Assembly (NCBI RefSeq): GCF_006345805.1
Contig: NC_043006.1
Location: forward strand, 86,118,001 to 86,182,000
DNA from: Octopus sinensis
Taxonomy: Eukaryota
DNA length: 64,000 nucleotides
Reading direction: 5' to 3'
In this document: piece after piece, positions 49,637 through 62,060 of the stretch
Position numbering within the stretch: the first letter of the stretch is position 1
Layout of the letters: every line of letters begins with the position of its first letter
The notes under the pieces: generated by a model
Database searches by the model: none
Seen by the model: only the letters and a program-made list of their open reading frames with translations
What the model was told of the DNA's origin: nothing
Position numbers and translations under genes: made by a program

Positions 49637-50859
49637 TGCATCATCTATGTGTTCACATTCTTTGTATGCTATGTATATTTTTTATTGTGAAGGTGTGTGG
49701 CTTAATGGCTAGGGTATTCAGCTCATGATCATAAGGTCATGAGTTCAATTCCTGGCGATGAGCTATCTCCTTCAGCAAGACACTTCATTTCATGTTGTTC
49801 CAGTCCACTCAGCTGGCAAAAATGAGTAGTACCTGTATTTCAAAGGGCCAGCCTTGTCACAGTGTCATGCTGAATCTCCCTGAGAACTACATTAAGGGTA
49901 CACGTACCTGTAGAATGCTTTGTCACTTGCACGTTAATTTCATGAGCAGGCTGTTCTGTTGATTGGATCAACTGGAACCCACGTCGTAACAAATGGAGTG
50001 CCAGATATTTCTCATCTTATTTCCACCTTCTCTCTCTTTCCTCCCCTCATTTTTTTAACGTAAATCCCGACACTAATTGTAAACTGTCCTTGTAAAGTTC
50101 GCCTTATTGATGCTCTTGTGGCAAACTAAAAAAAAAATATTATCCTTATTATTACCAAGAAGGTGTTAGATTAGCAGAAATAACAGAATGTCTGATGCTA
50201 TTTACTTCTGTTTCTTTATGCTTAAAGTTCAAGCCTTGCTGGGGACTACATAATATTTTATTGTTTGGGGTCAATTATTTAATTACTACTCAAATCAACA
50301 ATAAGCCTCATCCTGAATGTGGGTCTTCAGCCTAACTTAGAAATTATTATTATTATTATTACTAAGGCAGTGAGCTGGCAGAATCATTAGCATTCCAGGC
50401 AAAATGCTTAGCGGCATTTCGTCCGTCTTAATGTTTTGAGTTAAAATTCTGCCGAGATCAACTTTGCTTTTCATCCTTCTATATTTCTATAATACACAAA
50501 ATATTTTAACGAATTTTTAAATACAATTCCTTATAATATTTACGTATAAAAATATAATAAGATTTTAAAAACTTTGAATGGCTATGAGGATCTGCCTGAG
50601 TAAAATACAAATCAAAGGGGTCCACAGACAAAAAAAATGGTTGAGAACCACTGGATTGAAACCCACCCCCTTTAAAATTGCTGGTTTTTGCCTAAAATAG
50701 AAACAATTTGGCAGAATCGTTAGCGCACCGGACGAGATGTTTGGTGACATTTTTTTCTACTTTGTTTTGAATTCAAATGACACCGCCGAGGTTGACTTTG
50801 CTTTTTATCCTTTCGGCATTGATAAAATAAATACCAGTTGAACACTGAGATCGATATTG

Positions 50860-52330
50860 CAGAAGATTATAAAATAAATCCGAGCAAGTGCGAGATGTCA
50901 ACCACCAAACCGAAGTTGATAAGCTCAAATATTTAGGTTGTGTTTAGCCACAGGTCAAGGGTATATAATGAAAGCTTAACAATACTGTGTTTATGAATGA
51001 TTTAGACGTAATGGCATTTCATGCAAGATTTGGATTCGTCGAAATGTTTTGGTAGTAGATAGACTAAAATTTAAACGATACTAGAAAAATTTCTCCAATG
51101 CATTCCGAAGTATGATAACCATTGGGTAATACACGTTTTCATCTACGAAGGCAATTTGATGATATTTTGTCGAAGTAAAAACGTTCATAGAAAAACTGTA
51201 CAATTAAATCAATATTATGTTTATGCCAGTTTCCTGAATAAATCCCACCACAACAATTGCGATGTACAAAATAATAAACAGTAGAGAAAGATGATAATAT
51301 ATTAAGAAATTGGAATGGTGAAATATAAAACAGGGTTTAGGAGTCTAGATTCTGTGTTTTAGAGAACTGCCACTCGTGTCTTTAAAATTAAGTTACGTTA
51401 TATTATCGATACAATAGCGATTCTCTTTCACATACACATACCGCACGCATATATACGTACACAGTTTCACATGCACATACATACTCACATGTACGTTTAT
51501 TTAACTAGAGACAGACACACGTTTGTCAATATTATATACCTATTACACAACCTAAATTATAAGAACAATTGTAGTATACATAAACTAACACGTTAAATAT
51601 ACGGCGTTGCGATGTATGTATGTATGTGTGTGTGTGTGTGTGTATGTCTGTATGTATGTATGCATGCATGCATGCGTGTGTGTGTGTAGACAGAGAACTG
51701 TGTGTCGTGTATAATTATTTATTACTAAAAATAGGAAGGCGTTATTATAGTTGGATTTATCAAACATATCAAATATGACGATAAGCACATGGATAATTAC
51801 ACATTAGTCTTCGTCTTATACACATATATCTTAATTGTCATAGACAAAAATATTCATTTCGTAAATATATTCGTCACAAAAACCGTCGGCCTAATACATG
51901 TATAGCAAGGGGACATGGAGAAGCTAATTATGAAAGAATATATGCTCGTTGTTCATTGAAAGAAACTTTTGATAATTACCTTAATCCGAACGAATAAAGT
52001 TGAGATAAAATTCCTTTACACAAACTCCTGCCATCATTTGCTTTGTTCAGTCATTCGTGAAACTTCCTTGCCAACCAGCTGTAAACAATGAACCGGTGGA
52101 GGCTGATATCACTTGCCGCTTGAAATTAAGTCCGACGTCAGTTTGTTGTTGGGAAATCTGACTTTCCTCGACTAAACCAAAGGAAATCGCTAAAAGATAG
52201 ACTGCTTCTTTTAAATCAACTCACCAATCTTTATATATCGGTAAAGTCTGACATAACGTAATATGATGAATAACTGAATTATGTATACAACTAGTCAATA
52301 AAATCTCCTCCTCGGTCTCTAACATGTTAC
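50860..52330. promoter_or_regulatory. Repeat-poor, CpG-retaining segment; candidate promoter or 5' exon region
   Basis: Visibly more CG dinucleotides than the flanks; donor AAG|GTAATT on minus at 51980; GTAAACA forkhead-like and GACGTCA CRE-like words. Confidence 0.3.
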
Positions 52331-52650
52331 TTTTATCCATTGACCTTAAAGATCACATACTCTCACATGTTACATCTTTGTATAATTTCCAGACATCTCA
52401 GTCCTATGTTTCTTTTTAGATATTAACCATCTCTAGAGAGAACTGCATGGATCATCTTAGTTTATCAGTTTTTCACCTTACTATATCATGGATATGTGAG
52501 ATTCTACAGAATTTTTACTTTGTATGAATACTTCCCAGAGGTATTTTTCCTCAGTCATGTTGCTTAAATTTCATAGTCGGCATCATTCCATTTCATCACA
52601 CACACACACGCACGCACGTGCGCACAAATACACACACACAAACACACGCA

Positions 52651-52703
<53 letters not shown>

Positions 52704-53164
52704 GCATGGCTGTGTGATTGAGACGTTCGCCTTCCAACCATATGGTTTTGTGTTCAGTACTACTGTGTGGCACCTTGAGCAGATGCTTTCTACCATAATC
52801 TTGGACTAACCAAAGCCTTGAGAGTGAAATGAGTGGATAGAAGTTCAAGACAAGCTTGTTGTATATGTATGTAAGTCTTGACATCACTGGACAGTTATAA
52901 GCAAATGTTGCCAACTTACAAGTGGAATCCCTTGTTTCTAGTCTTCTCGGAAAATATTTCAGGGCTTGGTGAAATGTTATCTTACTTAGAAACAGGCAAG
53001 GGTTGGTGACAGGAAGGACATCCTACTGAAAAAAATTTGCCTCAGCAAACTCTGTCCAACCTACACAAGCATGAAAAAGTGGATATTAAAATGATGATGA
53101 TATATATGTGTGTGTGTGTATATATGTTATATATATACATATATATGTATATAGGTATGCATAT

Positions 53165-53660
53165 ATAATTTCAGGATGTCATAAAGTAAACAATATGAAA
53201 TACGAAAATAAAGTTGAATACGCAAAGAACGAGAGAAACAAATGGAAAACAAGACAAGTAACATAAAAAACGACCCTTCATCAGTTGTTGGCTGTCCTTC
53301 TACTCCTTATTTTGAGCAATGAACGACAATATAAGATTTCGAAGGCAGTTGCTCCCACGAACCAGAATAAAATTTGGTATTTGTGGAGGGTCAAAGACAA
53401 ACAAGGAGGGCTATTAGGCCAAGACAAGGTAAGGTAGTGAACGCTGGAAGAATATTCTTTGATAAGAGAAAAGATAGGAGAGGAGACAGATAAGAATGCA
53501 CCTGGACTGCGTGACAGACTGAAGAAAAAGAAAGATGATCAAGTGAGGAAAGGCAAGATGGATGAAGGTCACGTTATAGGTGGTTTTTCCTTGAGCAGGT
53601 AAATATAGATTAAAGTAAAAAGGAAAAGGCAAACTATTTGGCATCACTTGAGAAGTCATT
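53165..53660 (-). mobile_element. Probable Penelope-like pseudo-LTR fragment
   Basis: (TA)n-anchored, contains CTGATGA, composition resembles the other pLTR pieces; weak assignment. Confidence 0.4.
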
Positions 53661-53741
53661 TAATTTAGATAGAAAATATATCTGCATTCTCTATTTTAAT
53701 TAAATGTCTTTTCAAGTACGTTTTCATTTTTAGTTTAATAG

Positions 53742-53802
<61 letters not shown>

Positions 53803-53804
<2 letters not shown>

Positions 53805-54882
53805 GGGTGTGTAAGGTATTTGAGGACACACCTTTTTTGGGTTATTGCTGAACATTTTTTACTAACTTTGTATAATCTTTGTTTCAGTAAATAATAATGA
53901 CAGATCCTCAGCTTACTCAAGAAATGAAGAGGCATGCTGTTATTGTGGTTATAAAGGCTGAACATAGCGATTTAGAAATAACTCGATTTTTAAAAGTTGC
54001 CAGTTCTTTTGTCTATAAAGTTTGTAAGGAAATGTTGTCCACAAAGACACCAGATATAAGTCTTATATGATGAAGAAAGGTCAATTTGTCAGAAAAAGCA
54101 AAAGAACATCACAACATCAAATATAAAAGGTTCTTAAACAAACTGAATAATCCAGCAGAAGAAGATTTAATTTGGTTTTTCTCAAACGAGAAAAACTTCG
54201 ACCAAGATCAAAAAGTTAATAGAAAAAATGACAGATGGTATGTGCAGACCCTTCTGAAGTTCCAAGTGTTATGCATACAAAATTTCTTGCAACTGTCATG
54301 GTTTTAGGGGTTGTCAGCAATGAAGGACATGTAAGGCTTCACTTCTTTCCACAAGGTCTTAGAGTTAACTCTGCTGCCTACATTGAGGTCCTGGAAATAA
54401 TTGTTATGCTCTGGATAGACAGTGTATGCAATGGAAGGCCATATGTATTTCACTAAGACTCTGCACTATCACACATGGCTCTAGTAATGCAGTAATGGAT
54501 GGCTGAAAATTTTCATGATCACATAACCCCTAACATTCGGCCTCCTAATTCCCCAGATCTCAATCCATTGGACTATTACATGTGGAGCATTGTTGAGAGA
54601 GAGGTCAGTGAACATGCCCATAACACCAAAGATTCTCTGAAAGCTGCCATAGTCAGAGTAATGTCCAAAATGAACCAGGACCACTTGATTCGAGCATGTA
54701 TATGATTTAGATCTCATATAGAAGCAGTTGTTGAAGCTGAAGGTGGCTTTATTGAATAACAGGTTTAGAAAAGAAGGTTTAGTTTTATCCTCATAGCATT
54801 TTTTGATAAATAAAATTATCTGTTATTATATATCTGTTTTTTTTTATAAACATAAACCTGTCCTCAAATATCTTATGCACTC

Positions 54883-54884
<2 letters not shown>
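53803..54884 (+). mobile_element. maT (DD37D) transposon relic with 25-bp TIRs
   Basis: TIRs cagggtgtgtaaggtatttgaggac / gtcctcaaatatcttatgcactctg; 37 residues counted between DSA and SPDLNPLD; first Asp mutated (FSNEK); in-frame stops. Confidence 0.9.
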
Positions 54885-54971
<87 letters not shown>

Positions 54972-55013
54972 TACATACATTCATACAAACATACATATAT
55001 ATATATATATATA

Positions 55014-55405
55014 CTAGCAGTATCGCCCGGCGTTGCTCGGGTTTGTAAGGGAAATAATATAAGCATTTTTAGAGATGTAAAGTATAATAGCCATCTCAAT
55101 ATGGCTAACCACAAAGGGGGAGGGGTGTTACTGTAGCTTTTTACGTTCTGAGATTTAATAATAAATTTTAGAGAGTTACTTCCCTTATATATGTCAAAAA
55201 TGGATTAAAAATGGGAAAAATTGATGGTAAATTTTTTTTTAAATCGTAGACTCATCGTAGACGCGCGCTAATACCCAGACGGTCTCGATATGAATCACGA
55301 CTATAAGATACCCGATTTTGGTTAAACTGCACCGCAAAATGTGGGAGTAGTTAGGAATCTAAATCGTAGGAGACAGACACACAACCTCACTTTTATATAT
55401 AAAGA
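55014..55405 (-). mobile_element. Non-autonomous Helitron (family of 18848-19245)
   Basis: Same TC and CTAG termini with cccgagcaacgccggg hairpin; inserted in (TA)n. Confidence 0.85.
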
Positions 55406-55568
55406 TTTCCTCTATTTACATAATATTGAGGTCTCTTTCTTTCTTTTGTTATCTTACTGTTTTTACCAATATACATATATATATATATATATAATATATA
55501 TATAGTTACAGAGATGTACTTGCATAGCAAGTGACTTGATCTGAGATCGTGTGCTGGAACGAAAACAG

Positions 55569-55827
55569 TTGCAGCGTTGAAGGTGTTTATAAGCCATTTA
55601 AGAAACACACAAAAACCGTTAGATTCACTTCAACATTTAAATTTAATTTGTCAAAATATTTTCATCGCTTTGAGACCGCGACCTGTTAGCACGATATTTT
55701 TGTCAGTGAACAGGTCGCGGTCTCAAAGCGACGAAAATATTTTAGCAAATTAAATTTAAATGTTGAAGTGAATGTAACGGTTTTTGTGTGTTTCTTAAAT
55801 GGCTTACAAACACCTTCCACACTGCAA
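55569..55827. repeat. Inverted repeat, 119-bp arms, 21-bp spacer; Penelope pLTR-like
   Basis: 55569-55687 pairs with 55709-55827, about 7 mismatches. Confidence 0.92.
55699..55749 (+). ncRNA. Hammerhead-like motif with G3:C8 core variant
   Basis: UUUGUCA-GUGAACA-G-GUCGC(GGUCUCAAA)GCGAC-GAAA-AUAUUU-UAGCAAA; the mirror arm has UGACAAA, which would complete stem I. Confidence 0.5.
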
Positions 55828-56190
55828 TATATAAATACACACATATATATATATGTATGTATGTATGTATGTGTGTATATGTGTATGCATGTATGTGTGT
55901 GTGTGTGCGTGTCTGTGCTTGTGATTGTCCTCCACGACTGCTTGACAACGAATGTTGGTTTGTTTACATCCCTGTCACCTAGTGGTTTGACAAAGGAAAC
56001 AGATAGAATAAGTACAATGCTTACAAAAATAAAACGAGTTGATTCATTAAACTGCAATTCTTCAAGGCATTGCCCCAGCATGGCCACAGACCAATGGCTG
56101 GAAAAAGCAGAAGAATAAAAGAATACATTCTCTGCTTTGGTCTTATGTTCAAGGCATGAGAAAGCTTGAGTTTACATGAGAAGGCCTAAC

Positions 56191-56752
56191 AGACCTGGTA
56201 GAAACAGCAGCCAAATCTCCCTCAAATCACACCTTACTGTCTTATGTATGTATATATATATGAGCCAATGAGGGGGACCTCTACATGGTAGCTAGACCTG
56301 GTAGAAATAGCAGCCAAATTTCCCCCAAATCACACCTTACTGTCTTATCTATATTTCCTGAGCGCCATACTAATACAATTGTTCGTTTGTTTTCCACCTG
56401 CCTTCGTCTTTTGTTTATTTTCATAAAGCTTCCCGTTATATATGTATGTATGAGCCTATGAGGGAGACCCCTACATGGCAGCTAGACCTGGTAGAAATAG
56501 CAGCCAAATTTCCCCCAAATCACACCTTACTGTCTTATCTATGTATATATGTATGTATGAGCCTATGAGGGAGACCCCTACATGGCAGCTAGACCTGGTA
56601 GAAATAGCAGCCAAATTTCCCCCAAATCACACCTTACTGTCTTATCTATGTATATATGTATGTATGAGCCTATGAGGGAGACCCCTACATGGCAGCTAGA
56701 CATGGTAGAAATAGCAGCCAAATCTCCCTCAAATCACACCTTACTGTCTTAT
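56191..56752 (+). repeat. 107-bp minisatellite built from a SINE segment, about five units, one with an insert of about 90 bp
   Basis: ORF-track repeats at 56475, 56582 and 56689 give the period; insert at about 56355-56445. Confidence 0.9.
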
Positions 56753-57269
56753 CTTTCTGCTACTTGGATATAGGTGTTATATTCGTCGTAAAAAACTTTC
56801 CTGTCACACACTCACGCACACGCACACACACACAGACACGCATCCTCACACACACACGCGCACACCCACACACACCCACTCACACACACACACGTTAGCT
56901 TACAATTTTATTTATATATTTGCGTGTCATGTGTGGAAAGAGGAAGTGGGAGGCAGAGTGAAAGAATCACTCACTACAGTAAGTCAATTACTTTCATTTT
57001 ATTCGTTGCCCACTGTGTGTGTGCGTTTGCGTGTGGTGTAAACCAGACTAAGAAAAGCATTTGACACACACACCAGAATGTGAGTTTTCTGTAAATTTTG
57101 CTTAATTGGAGTTTAAATTTTAAAAACTGGACCTGGCATGACGCGATGCATTGTACTCTTAAAAATGCAAGGTAAATTGTAATTGAAGAAATCCTATGTT
57201 GTAGATTTGTATAACTCCCAAAGGGAGGCAGATAAAATCTGCCTTTTATAATAAGATATAATAAGATAT

Positions 57270-57306
<37 letters not shown>

Positions 57307-57309
57307 GAT

Positions 57310-57750
57310 GATGATAAATATCACTTTATAGCTGAATCACTACCAGAACTGGAGAAAAAATTCAGGAGTGGAAGCAAGTCCTCAGCATTAATTTAGCAAA
57401 AACCAAAATCTTAGTTAATAGGAAAACTGACAAATCACAAATCTCTCCAGGTAGATGGCCTTACTCTGTGTAGAAAAGGCATAGGTAGAAACTCTACAAG
57501 GTGTACCTGGAGCAAGCTATGGACACAAGATGTGCAGCAGTATCAGAGGAAGGTAATAGGGAAAATAGTCTTTATGTGTGCAGATGTACAGGTACAATAA
57601 ACACTAGAAATGTACAGAAAATAGACTCCATCAAATGCCAGGGGGAATACCTAGAAGTAGTTGGTAGTTCTTGTTATCTAGAGTAAGAATAGGCTGGGGA
57701 AAATTCAGATAGCTTCTACCTTTGTTGGTAACAAAGGGCCCCTCCCTCAA
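57310..57750 (+). mobile_element. RTE LINE C-terminal relic
   Basis: Homologous to 24300-24830 (AESLPELEKKFRSG.., RKGIGRNS, LLPLLVTKG). Confidence 0.8.
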
Positions 57751-58479
57751 AGTGAAAGGCACTGCTAAATATAGGTGCTGTGAGTTAGTTCATTGTGCAA
57801 TAAATGAGTTTGATGTGCTAAACCAATCATTCAATAATCAATTTGATTTACTAATTAATCATTATCAAGATTGAGAAGGTGGTGAGCTGGCAGAATCATT
57901 ACTGCACTGGATAAATTGCCAAGCAGCATCTCTTCTGTCTTTATGTCAAATTCGAATTCTGTTGAAAGGATTATTAAAACTGGGTGGATCAGTTTGGTAT
58001 TATCAACACCATGACTAAGTGATTGAGAAATTTGCTTCTTAACTACATACTTTCAGGTTCTGTCCCACTGTGTGTACCTTGGGCAAGTGTCTTCCACCAT
58101 AGCCTAGCCCCAGGCCAACCAAAACCTTGTGAGTGGATTTGGTAGATGAACACTGAAAGTAAACTGTCATATATCATCATCATCACGCCCATCATCATTT
58201 AGCATCTGTTATGCTGGCATGGATTAGACAGTTTGATTGGAACTGGTAAGCTAGAGAGCTGCCCCATACTCCACTGTGTTTTGGCTTGGTTCTACAACTG
58301 GATGCCCTTCCTAATGCCAAGCACTTCAGAGTGTAGTGAGTGCCTTTTATGTGTCATTGGCTCTGGTTACGACTATGATTTCACTTAACTTGTTGTACCT
58401 TCTCAAGCACTGCAAATTGTCAAAGACACACACATACACACACATGCTATTTATATATCTTCTTGTCTTGACATCATGT

Positions 58480-59530
58480 CATCATCATTTAATATCTGTT
58501 GTCCATATTGGCCTGGGTTGGATGGTTTGACTGGGCTGGTATGCTGGAAGGCTGTACCAGACTCCAGTCTGATTTGGCATGGTTTTCTATGGCTGGATGC
58601 CCTTCTGAACACCAACTACTCCGAGAGTGTAATGGGTGCTTTTACATGCCATTGGCACAGGTGCCATTTGCATGACACTGGGGTGTGTTTATGTGACACT
58701 GGCATGGGTGCCACTTTGCATGACACTGGTATCTGCCATGACTGCAATTTTGCTCAGCTTGATGGGTCTCCTTCTCAAGCATGACATAATGCCAAAGGTC
58801 TTAGTCATTGCCTCTGTGAGGCCCAACACTTGAAAGGAACTGGGCCAGTTTGCCTCCATGAAGCCCAATGCTCAAAAGGAACTCAGCCACCTCACCTCTG
58901 TGAGGCCCAACACTTGAAAGGAACTTAGCCACTTTACCTCTGTCAGGCCCAACACTTGAGAGGATCTCAGCCACTTTGTCTCCGTGAGGCCCAATGTTCA
59001 AAAGATGTTCCATCAGCATGAGTGCACTTGGCTTGATGGGTCCTCTCAAACACAGCACATTGTCAAAGGTCTTGGTCACTAGTCATTGCCTCTGTGAGGC
59101 TCAAAATTTGAAGATTATGCTTCACCACCTCGTCCCATGTCTTCCTGGGTCTACCTCTACCGCAGGCTCCCTCCACGGTTAGAGTTCAGCATTTCTTTAT
59201 AAAGCTGTCGTTGTCCATATGCATCACATGACTGTACCAGCACAGTCATCTCTCTAGTACACCACATCTGATTCCTCTTATGCCTAGCTTTTCTCTCAAG
59301 ATGTTTATACTCTGTTGAACATGCACACTGACATTGCACATCCAGTGAAACATACTGGCTTCATTTCTCTCAAGCCTACGCATGTCCTCAGCTGTTACAG
59401 CCCATGTTTCACTGCCATGCAGCATAGCTGTTCACACACACAGGCATCAAACAATCTGCCTTTCACTCTGAAAGAGAGACCCTTTGTTGCCAGCAGGAGT
59501 AGGAGTTCTCTGAACTTTGCCCAGCTTATC
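58480..59530 (-). mobile_element. RTE LINE 3' relic with about 40-bp internal repeats
   Basis: LATKGLSFRVKGRLFDACV; 3' tail homologous to 23128-23290. Confidence 0.82.
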
Positions 59531-60109
59531 ATGTGATTGTTGTAAATGAGTATCACCGTTATACAAACAGTGTCATTCATTTCCAGTATTCTATTCAAAC
59601 ATTTCTGGCAATCACCTTGCTTGAAAATAGGTGAGTGTTAGTGATAGGAAGGGTATCTGGTCATAGAAAATCTGCCTCAACAAGTTCTGTCTGACCCACG
59701 AACAAGTGGACATTAAAATGATGGTGATGATAATGATAATAATATCAATCATCTCCAAAAAACCAATCAGAGATTTTAAAACAGGTACCAAAGACACCTG
59801 TTTAAAAATACATAATAGCAATCTTAATTGCTATATTTTTTCATAATTAAGATTGGGTGACTCATATAGATTACTATTAATGTATTATAGAAAATGTAAT
59901 ACCAGTCACCTTAATAAATCAATTTGAGGATTTTTAAGCATTTGCCAGAGACATGGTGTAAAGAGGTAGGTGTGGCAAAACTGCATCCAGATTGCTGCTA
60001 GCAACTCTGAGAAGGCCCAAGCAACAAAGAAGAAAAGAGACATTTTTATGACCCCCATTTGACCAAAGCTTACATATTTACCTCAGTTGCAACAGAGTCT
60101 GTCAGATCA

Positions 60110-60123
60110 GTTTCCATAGCAAC
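60110..60123. promoter_or_regulatory. RFX X-box-like motif GTTTCCATAGCAAC
   Basis: Close match to the palindromic X-box, in unique sequence; minus-strand donor GAG|GTAAAT at 60082; a second X-box-like word near 59991-60005. Confidence 0.45.
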
Positions 60124-60394
60124 CCGAGGAGACCTGTTGCCCTTTCTCATGACCTGCCATCATCAGATGAAATGTGCTGCAATCACAGAAATCATCAAAT
60201 TTGAGATTTTTCTTCAAGTTTATTATTGATAATCTTTATATTCGATTGAATCCTTGGTGTTTTATTCAATCTTTGTAAAAGTATGTCACACAATTTGAAG
60301 AAAATTCATGGAGTGCACAAGCTATGGTTAAGTCTTAGGTAGAAGATTTCAAAGATACTTCAATCATTTGATTCTACTGTAATGATTCCACAAT

Positions 60395-60590
60395 ATGCTT
60401 AGCAGTATTTCGTCTGCCATTATGTTCTGAGTTTAAATTCCTCCGAGGTCGACTTTGCCTTTCATCCTATCGGTGTCGATCAAATAAGTACCAGTTACGC
60501 ACTGGGGTTGATGCAATTGACTTAATCCCTTTGTCTGTCCTTGTTTGTCCCCTCTATGTTTAGCCCCCCTCCCTGGGCAATAAAGAAATA
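60395..60590 (+). mobile_element. Nin/Deu-like SINE, A-rich tail subfamily
   Basis: Same body and tail as 43709-43943. Confidence 0.8.
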
Positions 60591-61494
60591 AATATGGTCA
60601 TTATTCTCATTTTGAGTTTCATTACGGTTGAGAGTATTCTGCAGATCCATTGTTGACATACTGATCATTATTATTTAAAACATCATCTGAGATTTGCAGA
60701 AAAACTGTGTAAAAGTGCCTTTGTTGCACAAACATGAGCTAACCACCTGTTATCTAACATTCTTTTCACAATAGGCAAATGAGTGCTACCAACAGACAAT
60801 ACAGAAAAAAGGAAATCCTATTTTTAGGTAAAAGCATACAAAAATGTGTAGAGGACTTGTTTCAATGCAAAGAAAATAAATACTGCTTGATAACATTCAG
60901 CAGTACATTTTCCACCCAATTTTAATGAATGCATAAAATGTGGAATGTAATCTGCTGCAGCTCTTCATATTCTAAGCCACTAGACTTGCCACTCAGGTTG
61001 ATGTAATTGTCATAACTTTGAGCGTGGCAGTCTTTTTTTTTTTATATATATATCAATCTAGGTGCAGGTGTGGCTGTGTGGTAAGATGCTTGCTTCCCAA
61101 CCACATGGTTTCGGGTTCAGTCCTACTGTGTAACAATATGGGCAAATGTGTACTACTATAGCCTTGGACCAACCAAAGCCTTGTGAGTTGATTTGGAAGA
61201 TGGAAACTGAAAGAAGCTTAGAAAATTACTATTTGTAAATCTCATGAGAAATATCCAGCAACAGTTCTGTGCTGATGAAGAGAAATGACCCAGAAATTAC
61301 GATACACAGATATTGTTTTCAGCTGAGTTGGGGTGCTAGATTCCCTTGTTCGAACATATAAGGACACAGATTGTGTCTCCTGGGGCTAAATTACAGTAAG
61401 ATTCATCCTAAACGAGGACAGCCATGTTATATTGGCAAATAATCTTTACTCTGAAAGAAGCTTGACGAATATATATATATATATATATATATAT

Positions 61495-61669
61495 CATCAT
61501 CATCATCATCATCATCGTTTAACGTCCGTTCTCCATGCTAGCATGGGTTGGACGGTTCGACCGGGGTTCTGGGAAGCCAGAAGGCTGCACCAGGCTCCAG
61601 TCTAATCTGGCAATGTTTCTACAGCTGGATGCCCTTCCTAACGCCAACCACTCCGTGAGTGTAGTGGGT
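61495..61669 (-). mobile_element. Young RTE 3' tail inserted in (TA)n
   Basis: Near-identical to 23128-23286; (CAT)n tail abuts (TA)n. Confidence 0.85.
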
Positions 61670-61681
61670 GATATATATATA

Positions 61682-61996
61682 TAACCCGGCAATGCTGGGT
61701 CATAGTGCTAGTGCATGCATATACAGCTGTGTGCATGCACCCATACATGCGAGTACTGTCCAAATCTCCGACCAATCACATACAGCTAGCTGGCATTCAA
61801 TTGGCATATCAAGTTTTGGGCATTTTGATTGGGTTTTGGATAGAAAATTCACAAAAAAGTCACTTCTATTGATTTTTTAATGGCTTTGCGGGGTAACTGG
61901 GGAAATGTAAGGATTGCATGACCATCCTTGGACGGCTTTGAATGACCATAGAAAGTGCGAGCCCTCTAACTGAAAAATTGTGGATTTGTATAAAGG

Positions 61997-62035
<39 letters not shown>

Positions 62036-62060
62036 GACATTTTGCTGGTTATATATATAT
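61682..62060 (-). mobile_element. Helitron family 2 copy, 3' terminus eroded into (TA)n
   Basis: Reverse complement of 32242-32600. Confidence 0.82.

Noticed and set aside
51980-52037. MMAGV start resembling a recalled PTPDC1 isoform N-terminus
   Set aside because: The frame stops one base before the donor, so the match is probably chance.
53165-53290. Hammerhead at CTGATGA (53278-53284, minus)
   Set aside because: No convincing stem III, NUH site or stem I could be built.
60626-60686. Exon-like 61-nt segment on minus (DVLNNNDQYVNNGSAEYSQ)
   Set aside because: Weak donor, no frame-compatible chain to the gene and no recalled homology.
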